NCBI GenBank assembly: GCA_977017575.1
Contig: CDRNVI010000106.1
Coordinates: 1-38,005 of the forward strand
Source of the DNA: Paramoeba atlantica
Lineage: Eukaryota > Protista > Discosea
Length of the DNA: 38,005 nt
Reading direction: 5' to 3'
Positions 8,182-20,093 of the stretch are shown here, one piece after another. The stretch's first letter is position 1. The number at the start of each line of letters is the position of its first letter. Position numbers and translations under genes: made by a program. Under the pieces are notes generated by a model. The model had not been told where the DNA came from and made no database searches. It saw only the letters and a program-made list of their open reading frames with translations.

Positions 8182-9461
8182 GCGATTCTCTTCGTTCACA
8201 ATCGTGTGGCCGCTTTTGGGCGCGCGCGAGAGACGCAACGTGAATCGCAGAAGCAATGGTACATTTTAGGGTATTTTCTTTGCTGAAATGAAGTCTTTTT
8301 GGCCTGTGTAGCAGATGACGTTTTGGCGGCAGAGACGGTGAATGGGTAGATGGCCGTGCGCGTGTCAAATGTAAAAGCCCGAAAAGTGTACCGCTTTTTA
8401 GCGCATCATATCTTAAAATTCAAAATGACGTCAGATTTACCTCTTTCCGCCTGCACGGTGAAGGGGGGTTTTCAGATATCTCTGGACGCGACGTTTGCAT
8501 GACTTCCGTGCATGGCGTGCGTCGATTGCGAAACGCCGAACCAGCAAGCTACACCTCCTGAGTGGTCGTGCTTCGCGCGATATTTTCTGTAGAGATAGAG
8601 TTTTTCCGTTAGTCAGTATGATTGCGAAACAAAACGTGGGTTTCGCCAGTCCACTTTTTGTCCGTTCTTCCCTGAATCAAATCTTAAACAATTTTAACCC
8701 TTTCTAATTGATGAGCGTTCTGATCGCTCGTGCTTTGCTCTGATATTTGCTTTGGGCACTCTTTTCACATGATTTCACTGATACTATAAGACTTCCCCTC
8801 TTCTAACGCAAGAATTTGTTGTCATCGGACATTCTTTTAGTCAAATCAATGCTTGATTGCACAAGCTTCCTGCATCTCAAGGGGGGGGGTTGTATTTCTC
8901 TACACCTCTTTCACTTTTCACCTGCTCTTCCAAGCAACAGGGTCACAGGGCGCGCGCGTATTGTAATAGTGTGGTGGAAAAACGTCGGTTTCACACGAAA
9001 CTCGCATCCACCGTGCGACCCCATTCCGTGGAGAACGATCTTTGTTTTCTTCGATCGCACTGATTCCGTTAGATGCACAGAGCGTGATTTCACGTGAATC
9101 GAACAATTCCGCGAGATGTTTTACTTGGGGCAAAGCAGGGCAGCACATGAACAATGAAAACAGGACGCGCAATGGCGCGGAACACCTTCCACGTGACACC
9201 TTCCGAAACGCGTTCTGCACAATCCAGGTATAAAACAACGAATTTCTTCGCCCGGCCGTTGCAAAGACCCACCCCTTACCGATAGATTTCGTAGCTCTGC
9301 TCTAAACGTGAACGCATCGTGCTCAACCTCTCTTCCCGACTATGTCATCGCAAAAATTGTATGTGTCACTTCTGGGCCGTTCGCATGGGCATGTGTTGGG
9401 CACACTCAAACCCCCATTGCATTCATCAATGCGACCTACGGTTGTGAATGTCGCCTTGCTT

Positions 9462-9475
9462 GGGGGGGGGGGGGG
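9462..9475 (+). repeat. Length-variable poly-G tract ~110 nt upstream of each tRNA
   Basis: Counted G14, 14, 12, 13, 11, 11, 13, 15, 15, 12, 14, 16, 17, 14 in successive units; these counts reproduce the unit lengths. Confidence 0.95.
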
Positions 9476-9586
9476 CTGTAAGGATCGTTAAGCGAGCGAA
9501 ATCGGGGAGTTTCCATTATGACATGAATTAGCAAGGTAAAGTGCACCGCTATGGACACACAAAATTCGAGACACACCACGACGGAA

Positions 9587-9667
9587 GCGTCCATACCCAA
9601 GTGGTTAAGGGGCCTGACTTGAAATCAGGTGTGTTCTCACGCGCAGGTTCGAACCCTGCTGGGCGCG
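9587..9667 (+). tRNA. tRNA-Ser(UGA), eukaryote-type, copy 1
   Basis: Hand-folded: acceptor GCGTCCA/TGGGCGC, D arm CCC-AAGTGGTTAA-GGG, anticodon arm CCTGA-CT[TGA]AA-TCAGG, long variable arm TGTG-TTCT-CACG, T arm GCAGG-TTCGAAC-CCTGC, discriminator G. No CCA; followed by TTTTT. Confidence 0.95.
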
Positions 9668-9672
9668 TTTTT
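9668..9672 (+). terminator. RNA polymerase III oligo(dT) terminator (present after every tRNA copy)
   Basis: T5 immediately after the discriminator base. Confidence 0.8.
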
Positions 9673-11077
9673 GCGATTCTCTTCGTTCACAATCGTGTGG
9701 CCGCTTTTGGGCGCGCGCGAGAGACGCAACGTGAATCGCAGAAGCAATGGTACATTTTAGGGTATTTTCTTTGCTGAAATGAAGTCTTTTTGGCCTGTGT
9801 AGCAGATGACGTTTTGGCGGCAGAGACGGTGAATGGGTAGATGGCCGTGCGCGTGTCAAATGTAAAAGCCCGAAAAGTGTACCGCTTTTTAGCGCATCAT
9901 ATCTTAAAATTCAAAATGACGTCAGATTTACCTCTTTCCGCCTGCACGGTGAAGGGGGGTTTTCAGATATCTCTGGACGCGACGTTTGCATGACTTCCGT
10001 GCATGGCGTGCGTCGATTGCGAAACGCCGAACCAGCAAGCTACACCTCCTGAGTGGTCGTGCTTCGCGCGATATTTTCTGTAGAGATAGAGTTTTTCCGT
10101 TAGTCAGTATGATTGCGAAACAAAACGTGGGTTTCGCCAGTCCACTTTTTGTCCGTTCTTCCCTGAATCAAATCTTAAACAATTTTAACCCTTTCTAATT
10201 GATGAGCGTTCTGATCGCTCGTGCTTTGCTCTGATATTTGCTTTGGGCACTCTTTTCACATGATTTCACTGATACTATAAGACTTCCCCTCTTCTAACGC
10301 AAGAATTTGTTGTCATCGGACATTCTTTTAGTCAAATCAATGCTTGATTGCACAAGCTTCCTGCATCTCAAGGGGGGGGGTTGTATTTCTCTACACCTCT
10401 TTCACTTTTCACCTGCTCTTCCAAGCAACAGGGTCACAGGGCGCGCGCGTATTGTAATAGTGTGGTGGAAAAACGTCGGTTTCACACGAAACTCGCATCC
10501 ACCGTGCGACCCCATTCCGTGGAGAACGATCTTTGTTTTCTTCGATCGCACTGATTCCGTTAGATGCACAGAGCGTGATTTCACGTGAATCGAACAATTC
10601 CGCGAGATGTTTTACTTGGGGCAAAGCAGGGCAGCACATGAACAATGAAAACAGGACGCGCAATGGCGCGGAACACCTTCCACGTGACACCTTCCGAAAC
10701 GCGTTCTGCACAATCCAGGTATAAAACAACGAATTTCTTCGCCCGGCCGTTGCAAAGACCCACCCCTTACCGATAGATTTCGTAGCTCTGCTCTAAACGT
10801 GAACGCATCGTGCTCAACCTCTCTTCCCGACTATGTCATCGCAAAAATTGTATGTGTCACTTCTGGGCCGTTCGCATGGGCATGTGTTGGGCACACTCAA
10901 ACCCCCATTGCATTCATCAATTCGACCTACGGTTGTGAATGTCGCCTTGCTTGGGGGGGGGGGGGGCTGTAAGGATCGTTAAGCGAGCGAAATCGGGGAG
11001 TTTCCATTATGACATGAATTAGCAAGGTAAAGTGCACCGCTATGGACACACAAAATTCGAGACACACCACGACGGAA

Positions 11078-11158
11078 GCGTCCATACCCAAGTGGTTAAG
11101 GGGCCTGACTTGAAATCAGGTGTGTTCTCACGCGCAGGTTCGAACCCTGCTGGGCGCG
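11078..11158 (+). tRNA. tRNA-Ser(UGA), copy 2
   Basis: Same sequence as copy 1. Confidence 0.95.
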
Positions 11159-12566
11159 TTTTTGCGATTCTCTTCGTTCACAATCGTGTGGCCGCTTTTG
11201 GGCGCGCGCGAGAGACGCAACGTGAATCGCAGAAGCAATGGTACATTTTAGGGTATTTTCTTTGCTGAAATGAAGTCTTTTTGGCCTGTGTAGCAGATGA
11301 CGTTTTGGCGGCAGAGACGGTGAATGGGTAGATGGCCGTGCGCGTGTCAAATGTAAAAGCCCGAAAAGTGTACCGCTTTTTAGCGCATCATATCTTAAAA
11401 TTCAAAATGACGTCAGATTTACCTCTTTCCGCCTGCACGGTGAAGGGGGGTTTTCAGATATCTCTGGACGCGACGTTTGCATGACTTCCGTGCATGGCGT
11501 GCGTCGATTGCGAAACGCCGAACCAGCAAGCTACACCTCCTGAGTGGTCGTGCTTCGCGCGATATTTTCTGTAGAGATAGAGTTTTTCCGTTAGTCAGTA
11601 TGATTGCGAAACAAAACGTGGGTTTCGCCAGTCCACTTTTTGTCCGTTCTTCCCTGAATCAAATCTTAAACAATTTTAACCCTTTCTAATTGATGAGCGT
11701 TCTGATCGCTCGTGCTTTGCTCTGATATTTGCTTTGGGCACTCTTTTCACATGATTTCACTGATACTATAAGACTTCCCCTCTTCTAACGCAAGAATTTG
11801 TTGTCATCGGACATTCTTTTAGTCAAATCAATGCTTGATTGCACAAGCTTCCTGCATCTCAAGGGGGGGGGTTGTATTTCTCTACACCTCTTTCACTTTT
11901 CACCTGCTCTTCCAAGCAACAGGGTCACAGGGCGCGCGCGTATTGTAATAGTGTGGTGGAAAAACGTCGGTTTCACACGAAACTCGCATCCACCGTGCGA
12001 CCCCATTCCGTGGAGAACGATCTTTGTTTTCTTCGATCGCACTGATTCCGTTAGATGCACAGAGCGTGATTTCACGTGAATCGAACAATTCCGCGAGATG
12101 TTTTACTTGGGGCAAAGCAGGGCAGCACATGAACAATGAAAACAGGACGCGCAATGGCGCGGAACACCTTCCACGTGACACCTTCCGAAACGCGTTCTGC
12201 ACAATCCAGGTATAAAACAACGAATTTCTTCGCCCGGCCGTTGCAAAGACCCACCCCTTACCGATAGATTTCGTAGCTCTGCTCTAAACGTGAACGCATC
12301 GTGCTCAACCTCTCTTCCCGACTATGTCATCGCAAAAATTGTATGTGTCACTTCTGGGCCGTTCGCATGGGCATGTGTTGGGCACACTCAAACCCCCATT
12401 GCATTCATCAATGCGACCTACGGTTGTGAATGTCGCCTTGCTTGGGGGGGGGGGGCTGTAAGGATCGTTAAGCGAGCGAAATCGGGGAGTTTCCATTATG
12501 ACATGAATTAGCAAGGTAAAGTGCACCGCTATGGACACACAAAATTCGAGACACACCACGACGGAA

Positions 12567-12647
12567 GCGTCCATACCCAAGTGGTTAAGGGGCCTGACTT
12601 GAAATCAGGTGTGTTCTCACGCGCAGGTTCGAACCCTGCTGGGCGCG
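12567..12647 (+). tRNA. tRNA-Ser(UGA), copy 3
   Basis: Same sequence as copy 1. Confidence 0.95.
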
Positions 12648-14056
12648 TTTTTGCGATTCTCTTCGTTCACAATCGTGTGGCCGCTTTTGGGCGCGCGCGA
12701 GAGACGCAACGTGAATCGCAGAAGCAATGGTACATTTTAGGGTATTTTCTTTGCTGAAATGAAGTCTTTTTGGCCTGTGTAGCAGATGACGTTTTGGCGG
12801 CAGAGACGGTGAATGGGTAGATGGCCGTGCGCGTGTCAAATGTAAAAGCCCGAAAAGTGTACCGCTTTTTAGCGCATCATATCTTAAAATTCAAAATGAC
12901 GTCAGATTTACCTCTTTCCGCCTGCACGGTGAAGGGGGGTTTTCAGATATCTCTGGACGCGACGTTTGCATGACTTCCGTGCATGGCGTGCGTCGATTGC
13001 GAAACGCCGAACCAGCAAGCTACACCTCCTGAGTGGTCGTGCTTCGCGCGATATTTTCTGTAGAGATAGAGTTTTTCCGTTAGTCAGTATGATTGCGAAA
13101 CAAAACGTGGGTTTCGCCAGTCCACTTTTTGTCCGTTCTTCCCTGAATCAAATCTTAAACAATTTTAACCCTTTCTAATTGATGAGCGTTCTGATCGCTC
13201 GTGCTTTGCTCTGATATTTGCTTTGGGCACTCTTTTCACATGATTTCACTGATACTATAAGACTTCCCCTCTTCTAACGCAAGAATTTGTTGTCATCGGA
13301 CATTCTTTTAGTCAAATCAATGCTTGATTGCACAAGCTTCCTGCATCTCAAGGGGGGGGGTTGTATTTCTCTACACCTCTTTCACTTTTCACCTGCTCTT
13401 CCAAGCAACAGGGTCACAGGGCGCGCGCGTATTGTAATAGTGTGGTGGAAAAACGTCGGTTTCACACGAAACTCGCATCCACCGTGCGACCCCATTCCGT
13501 GGAGAACGATCTTTGTTTTCTTCGATCGCACTGATTCCGTTAGATGCACAGAGCGTGATTTCACGTGAATCGAACAATTCCGCGAGATGTTTTACTTGGG
13601 GCAAAGCAGGGCAGCACATGAACAATGAAAACAGGACGCGCAATGGCGCGGAACACCTTCCACGTGACACCTTCCGAAACGCGTTCTGCACAATCCAGGT
13701 ATAAAACAACGAATTTCTTCGCCCGGCCGTTGCAAAGACCCACCCCTTACCGATAGATTTCGTAGCTCTGCTCTAAACGTGAACGCATCGTGCTCAACCT
13801 CTCTTCCCGACTATGTCATCGCAAAAATTGTATGTGTCACTTCTGGGCCGTTCGCATGGGCATGTGTTGGGCACACTCAAACCCCCATTGCATTCATCAA
13901 TGCGACCTACGGTTGTGAATGTCGCCTTGCTTGGGGGGGGGGGGGCTGTAAGGATCGTTAAGCGAGCGAAATCGGGGAGTTTCCATTATGACATGAATTA
14001 GCAAGGTAAAGTGCACCGCTATGGACACACAAAATTCGAGACACACCACGACGGAA

Positions 14057-14137
14057 GCGTCCATACCCAAGTGGTTAAGGGGCCTGACTTGAAATCAGGT
14101 GTGTTCTCACGCGCAGGTTCGAACCCTGCTGGGCGCG
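14057..14137 (+). tRNA. tRNA-Ser(UGA), copy 4
   Basis: Same sequence as copy 1. Confidence 0.95.
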
Positions 14138-15544
14138 TTTTTGCGATTCTCTTCGTTCACAATCGTGTGGCCGCTTTTGGGCGCGCGCGAGAGACGCAAC
14201 GTGAATCGCAGAAGCAATGGTACATTTTAGGGTATTTTCTTTGCTGAAATGAAGTCTTTTTGGCCTGTGTAGCAGATGACGTTTTGGCGGCAGAGACGGT
14301 GAATGGGTAGATGGCCGTGCGCGTGTCAAATGTAAAAGCCCGAAAAGTGTACCGCTTTTTAGCGCATCATATCTTAAAATTCAAAATGACGTCAGATTTA
14401 CCTCTTTCCGCCTGCACGGTGAAGGGGGGTTTTCAGATATCTCTGGACGCGACGTTTGCATGACTTCCGTGCATGGCGTGCGTCGATTGCGAAACGCCGA
14501 ACCAGCAAGCTACACCTCCTGAGTGGTCGTGCTTCGCGCGATATTTTCTGTAGAGATAGAGTTTTTCCGTTAGTCAGTATGATTGCGAAACAAAACGTGG
14601 GTTTCGCCAGTCCACTTTTTGTCCGTTCTTCCCTGAATCAAATCTTAAACAATTTTAACCCTTTCTAATTGATGAGCGTTCTGATCGCTCGTGCTTTGCT
14701 CTGATATTTGCTTTGGGCACTCTTTTCACATGATTTCACTGATACTATAAGACTTCCCCTCTTCTAACGCAAGAATTTGTTGTCATCGGACATTCTTTTA
14801 GTCAAATCAATGCTTGATTGCACAAGCTTCCTGCATCTCAAGGGGGGGGGTTGTATTTCTCTACACCTCTTTCACTTTTCACCTGCTCTTCCAAGCAACA
14901 GGGTCACAGGGCGCGCGCGTATTGTAATAGTGTGGTGGAAAAACGTCGGTTTCACACGAAACTCGCATCCACCGTGCGACCCCATTCCGTGGAGAACGAT
15001 CTTTGTTTTCTTCGATCGCACTGATTCCGTTAGATGCACAGAGCGTGATTTCACGTGAATCGAACAATTCCGCGAGATGTTTTACTTGGGGCAAAGCAGG
15101 GCAGCACATGAACAATGAAAACAGGACGCGCAATGGCGCGGAACACCTTCCACGTGACACCTTCCGAAACGCGTTCTGCACAATCCAGGTATAAAACAAC
15201 GAATTTCTTCGCCCGGCCGTTGCAAAGACCCACCCCTTACCGATAGATTTCGTAGCTCTGCTCTAAACGTGAACGCATCGTGCTCAACCTCTCTTCCCGA
15301 CTATGTCATCGCAAAAATTGTATGTGTCACTTCTGGGCCGTTCGCATGGGCATGTGTTGGGCACACTCAAACCCCCATTGCATTCATCAATGCGACCTAC
15401 GGTTGTGAATGTCGCCTTGCTTGGGGGGGGGGGCTGTAAGGATCGTTAAGCGAGCGAAATCGGGGAGTTTCCATTATGACATGAATTAGCAAGGTAAAGT
15501 GCACCGCTATGGACACACAAAATTCGAGACACACCACGACGGAA

Positions 15545-15625
15545 GCGTCCATACCCAAGTGGTTAAGGGGCCTGACTTGAAATCAGGTGTGTTCTCACGC
15601 GCAGGTTCGAACCCTGCTGGGCGCG
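15545..15625 (+). tRNA. tRNA-Ser(UGA), copy 5
   Basis: Same sequence as copy 1. Confidence 0.95.
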
Positions 15626-17032
15626 TTTTTGCGATTCTCTTCGTTCACAATCGTGTGGCCGCTTTTGGGCGCGCGCGAGAGACGCAACGTGAATCGCAGA
15701 AGCAATGGTACATTTTAGGGTATTTTCTTTGCTGAAATGAAGTCTTTTTGGCCTGTGTAGCAGATGACGTTTTGGCGGCAGAGACGGTGAATGGGTAGAT
15801 GGCCGTGCGCGTGTCAAATGTAAAAGCCCGAAAAGTGTACCGCTTTTTAGCGCATCATATCTTAAAATTCAAAATGACGTCAGATTTACCTCTTTCCGCC
15901 TGCACGGTGAAGGGGGGTTTTCAGATATCTCTGGACGCGACGTTTGCATGACTTCCGTGCATGGCGTGCGTCGATTGCGAAACGCCGAACCAGCAAGCTA
16001 CACCTCCTGAGTGGTCGTGCTTCGCGCGATATTTTCTGTAGAGATAGAGTTTTTCCGTTAGTCAGTATGATTGCGAAACAAAACGTGGGTTTCGCCAGTC
16101 CACTTTTTGTCCGTTCTTCCCTGAATCAAATCTTAAACAATTTTAACCCTTTCTAATTGATGAGCGTTCTGATCGCTCGTGCTTTGCTCTGATATTTGCT
16201 TTGGGCACTCTTTTCACATGATTTCACTGATACTATAAGACTTCCCCTCTTCTAACGCAAGAATTTGTTGTCATCGGACATTCTTTTAGTCAAATCAATG
16301 CTTGATTGCACAAGCTTCCTGCATCTCAAGGGGGGGGGTTGTATTTCTCTACACCTCTTTCACTTTTCACCTGCTCTTCCAAGCAACAGGGTCACAGGGC
16401 GCGCGCGTATTGTAATAGTGTGGTGGAAAAACGTCGGTTTCACACGAAACTCGCATCCACCGTGCGACCCCATTCCGTGGAGAACGATCTTTGTTTTCTT
16501 CGATCGCACTGATTCCGTTAGATGCACAGAGCGTGATTTCACGTGAATCGAACAATTCCGCGAGATGTTTTACTTGGGGCAAAGCAGGGCAGCACATGAA
16601 CAATGAAAACAGGACGCGCAATGGCGCGGAACACCTTCCACGTGACACCTTCCGAAACGCGTTCTGCACAATCCAGGTATAAAACAACGAATTTCTTCGC
16701 CCGGCCGTTGCAAAGACCCACCCCTTACCGATAGATTTCGTAGCTCTGCTCTAAACGTGAACGCATCGTGCTCAACCTCTCTTCCCGACTATGTCATCGC
16801 AAAAATTGTATGTGTCACTTCTGGGCCGTTCGCATGGGCATGTGTTGGGAACACTCAAACCCCCATTGCATTCATCAATGCGACCTACGGTTGTGAATGT
16901 CGCCTTGCTTGGGGGGGGGGGCTGTAAGGATCGTTAAGCGAGCGAAATCGGGGAGTTTCCATTATGACATGAATTAGCAAGGTAAAGTGCACCGCTATGG
17001 ACACACAAAATTCGAGACACACCACGACGGAA

Positions 17033-17113
17033 GCGTCCATACCCAAGTGGTTAAGGGGCCTGACTTGAAATCAGGTGTGTTCTCACGCGCAGGTTCGAAC
17101 CCTGCTGGGCGCG
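17033..17113 (+). tRNA. tRNA-Ser(UGA), copy 6
   Basis: Same sequence as copy 1. Confidence 0.95.
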
Positions 17114-18522
17114 TTTTTGCGATTCTCTTCGTTCACAATCGTGTGGCCGCTTTTGGGCGCGCGCGAGAGACGCAACGTGAATCGCAGAAGCAATGGTACA
17201 TTTTAGGGTATTTTCTTTGCTGAAATGAAGTCTTTTTGGCCTGTGTAGCAGATGACGTTTTGGCGGCAGAGACGGTGAATGGGTAGATGGCCGTGCGCGT
17301 GTCAAATGTAAAAGCCCGAAAAGTGTACCGCTTTTTAGCGCATCATATCTTAAAATTCAAAATGACGTCAGATTTACCTCTTTCCGCCTGCACGGTGAAG
17401 GGGGGTTTTCAGATATCTCTGGACGCGACGTTTGCATGACTTCCGTGCATGGCGTGCGTCGATTGCGAAACGCCGAACCAGCAAGCTACACCTCCTGAGT
17501 GGTCGTGCTTCGCGCGATATTTTCTGTAGAGATAGAGTTTTTCCGTTAGTCAGTATGATTGCGAAACAAAACGTGGGTTTCGCCAGTCCACTTTTTGTCC
17601 GTTCTTCCCTGAATCAAATCTTAAACAATTTTAACCCTTTCTAATTGATGAGCGTTCTGATCGCTCGTGCTTTGCTCTGATATTTGCTTTGGGCACTCTT
17701 TTCACATGATTTCACTGATACTATAAGACTTCCCCTCTTCTAACGCAAGAATTTGTTGTCATCGGACATTCTTTTAGTCAAATCAATGCTTGATTGCACA
17801 AGCTTCCTGCATCTCAAGGGGGGGGGTTGTATTTCTCTACACCTCTTTCACTTTTCACCTGCTCTTCCAAGCAACAGGGTCACAGGGCGCGCGCGTATTG
17901 TAATAGTGTGGTGGAAAAACGTCGGTTTCACACGAAACTCGCATCCACCGTGCGACCCCATTCCGTGGAGAACGATCTTTGTTTTCTTCGATCGCACTGA
18001 TTCCGTTAGATGCACAGAGCGTGATTTCACGTGAATCGAACAATTCCGCGAGATGTTTTACTTGGGGCAAAGCAGGGCAGCACATGAACAATGAAAACAG
18101 GACGCGCAATGGCGCGGAACACCTTCCACGTGACACCTTCCGAAACGCGTTCTGCACAATCCAGGTATAAAACAACGAATTTCTTCGCCCGGCCGTTGCA
18201 AAGACCCACCCCTTACCGATAGATTTCGTAGCTCTGCTCTAAACGTGAACGCATCGTGCTCAACCTCTCTTCCCGACTATGTCATCGCAAAAATTGTATG
18301 TGTCACTTCTGGGCCGTTCGCATGGGCATGTGTTGGGCACACTCAAACCCCCATTGCATTCATCAATGCGACCTACGGTTGTGAATGTCGCCTTGCTTGG
18401 GGGGGGGGGGGCTGTAAGGATCGTTAAGCGAGCGAAATCGGGGAGTTTCCATTATGACATGAATTAGCAAGGTAAAGTGCACCGCTATGGACACACAAAA
18501 TTCGAGACACACCACGACGGAA

Positions 18523-18603
18523 GCGTCCATACCCAAGTGGTTAAGGGGCCTGACTTGAAATCAGGTGTGTTCTCACGCGCAGGTTCGAACCCTGCTGGGC
18601 GCG
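18523..18603 (+). tRNA. tRNA-Ser(UGA), copy 7
   Basis: Same sequence as copy 1. Confidence 0.95.
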
Positions 18604-20014
18604 TTTTTGCGATTCTCTTCGTTCACAATCGTGTGGCCGCTTTTGGGCGCGCGCGAGAGACGCAACGTGAATCGCAGAAGCAATGGTACATTTTAGGGTA
18701 TTTTCTTTGCTGAAATGAAGTCTTTTTGGCCTGTGTAGCAGATGACGTTTTGGCGGCAGAGACGGTGAATGGGTAGATGGCCGTGCGCGTGTCAAATGTA
18801 AAAGCCCGAAAAGTGTACCGCTTTTTAGCGCATCATATCTTAAAATTCAAAATGACGTCAGATTTACCTCTTTCCGCCTGCATGGTGAAGGGGGGTTTTC
18901 AGATATCTCTGGACGCGACGTTTGCATGACTTCCGTGCATGGCGTGCGTCGATTGCGAAACGCCGAACCAGCAAGCTACACCTCCTGAGTGGTCGTGCTT
19001 CGCGCGATATTTTCTGTAGAGATAGAGTTTTTCCGTTAGTCAGTATGATTGCGAAACAAAACGTGGGTTTCGCCAGTCCACTTTTTGTCCGTTCTTCCCT
19101 GAATCAAATCTTAAACAATTTTAACCCTTTCTACTTGATGAGCGTTCTGATCGCTCGTGCTTTGCTCTGATATTTGCTTTGGGCACTCTTTTCACATGAT
19201 TTCACTGATACTATAAGACTTCCCCTCTTCTAACGCAAGAATTTGTTGTCATCGGACATTCTTTTAGTCAAATCAATGCTTGATTGCACAAGCTTCCTGC
19301 ATCTCAAGGGGGGGGGTTGTATTTCTCTACACCTCTTTCACTTTTCACCTGCTCTTCCAAGCAACAGGGTCACAGGGCGCGCGCGTATTGTAATAGTGTG
19401 GTGGAAAAACGTCGGTTTCACACGAAACTCGCATCCACCGTGCGACCCCATTCCGTGGAGAACGATCTTTGTTTTCTTCGATCGCACTGATTCCGTTAGA
19501 TGCACAGAGCGTGATTTCACGTGAATCGAACAATTCCGCGAGATGTTTTACTTGGGGCAAAGCAGGGCAGCACATGAACAATGAAAACAGGACGCGCAAT
19601 GGCGCGGAACACCTTCCACGTGACACCTTCCGAAACGCGTTCTGCACAATCCAGGTATAAAACAACGAATTTCTTCGCCCGGCCGTTGCAAAGACCCACC
19701 CCTTACCGATAGATTTCGTAGCTCTGCTCTAAACGTGAACGCATCGTGCTCAACCTCTCTTCCCGACTATGTCATCGCAAAAATTGTATGTGTCACTTCT
19801 GGGCCGTTCGCATGGGCATGTGTTGGGCACACTCAAACCCCCATTGCATTCATCAATGCGACCTACGGTTGTGAATGTCGCCTTGCTTGGGGGGGGGGGG
19901 GGGCTGTAAGGATCGTTAAGCGAGCGAAATCGGGGAGTTTCCATTATGACATGAATTAGCAAGGTAAAGTGCACCGCTATGGACACACAAAATTCGAGAC
20001 ACACCACGACGGAA

Positions 20015-20093
20015 GCGTCCATACCCAAGTGGTTAAGGGGCCTGACTTGAAATCAGGTGTTCTCACGCGCAGGTTCGAACCCTGCTGGGCGCG
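20015..20093 (+). tRNA. tRNA-Ser(UGA), copy 8, variant with a 2-nt deletion in the variable arm (79 nt)
   Basis: TCAGG-TGTTCTCACGC instead of TCAGG-TGTGTTCTCACGC. Confidence 0.85.

Noticed and set aside
8171-8269. C-terminal 33 codons of the 7541-8269 ORF as a true protein end
   Set aside because: This is read-through into array sequence after the junction.
9344-9362. snRNA or spliced-leader RNA suggested by a minus-strand Sm-like AATTTTTG, and a U5-loop-like GGCTTTTAC near 8371-8379
   Set aside because: No flanking U1/U2/U4/U5/U6 or SL hallmarks recognised and the U5-like match is imperfect. An Rfam scan would be needed.
9587-9667. Selenocysteine or opal-suppressor tRNA
   Set aside because: The anticodon on the folding strand is TGA (reads UCA, Ser), not TCA, and the acceptor and T stems are the standard 7/5 bp.
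9587-9667. Bacterial tRNA belonging to the operon's genome
   Set aside because: No encoded CCA, T5 directly after the discriminator, and a tandem-array plus LINE context point to eukaryotic Pol III genes. Lack of CCA alone would not be decisive.
8495-9859. The many 60-113 aa ORFs repeated in each unit (MHDFRAW.., MLSSDIL.., MFYTWIV.., MHRYGHT.., MTRARPS..)
   Set aside because: They overlap on both strands, have no recognisable motif, two run through the tRNA, and several change with the poly-G length or are broken by the insertion. Treated as chance ORFs multiplied by the repeat.
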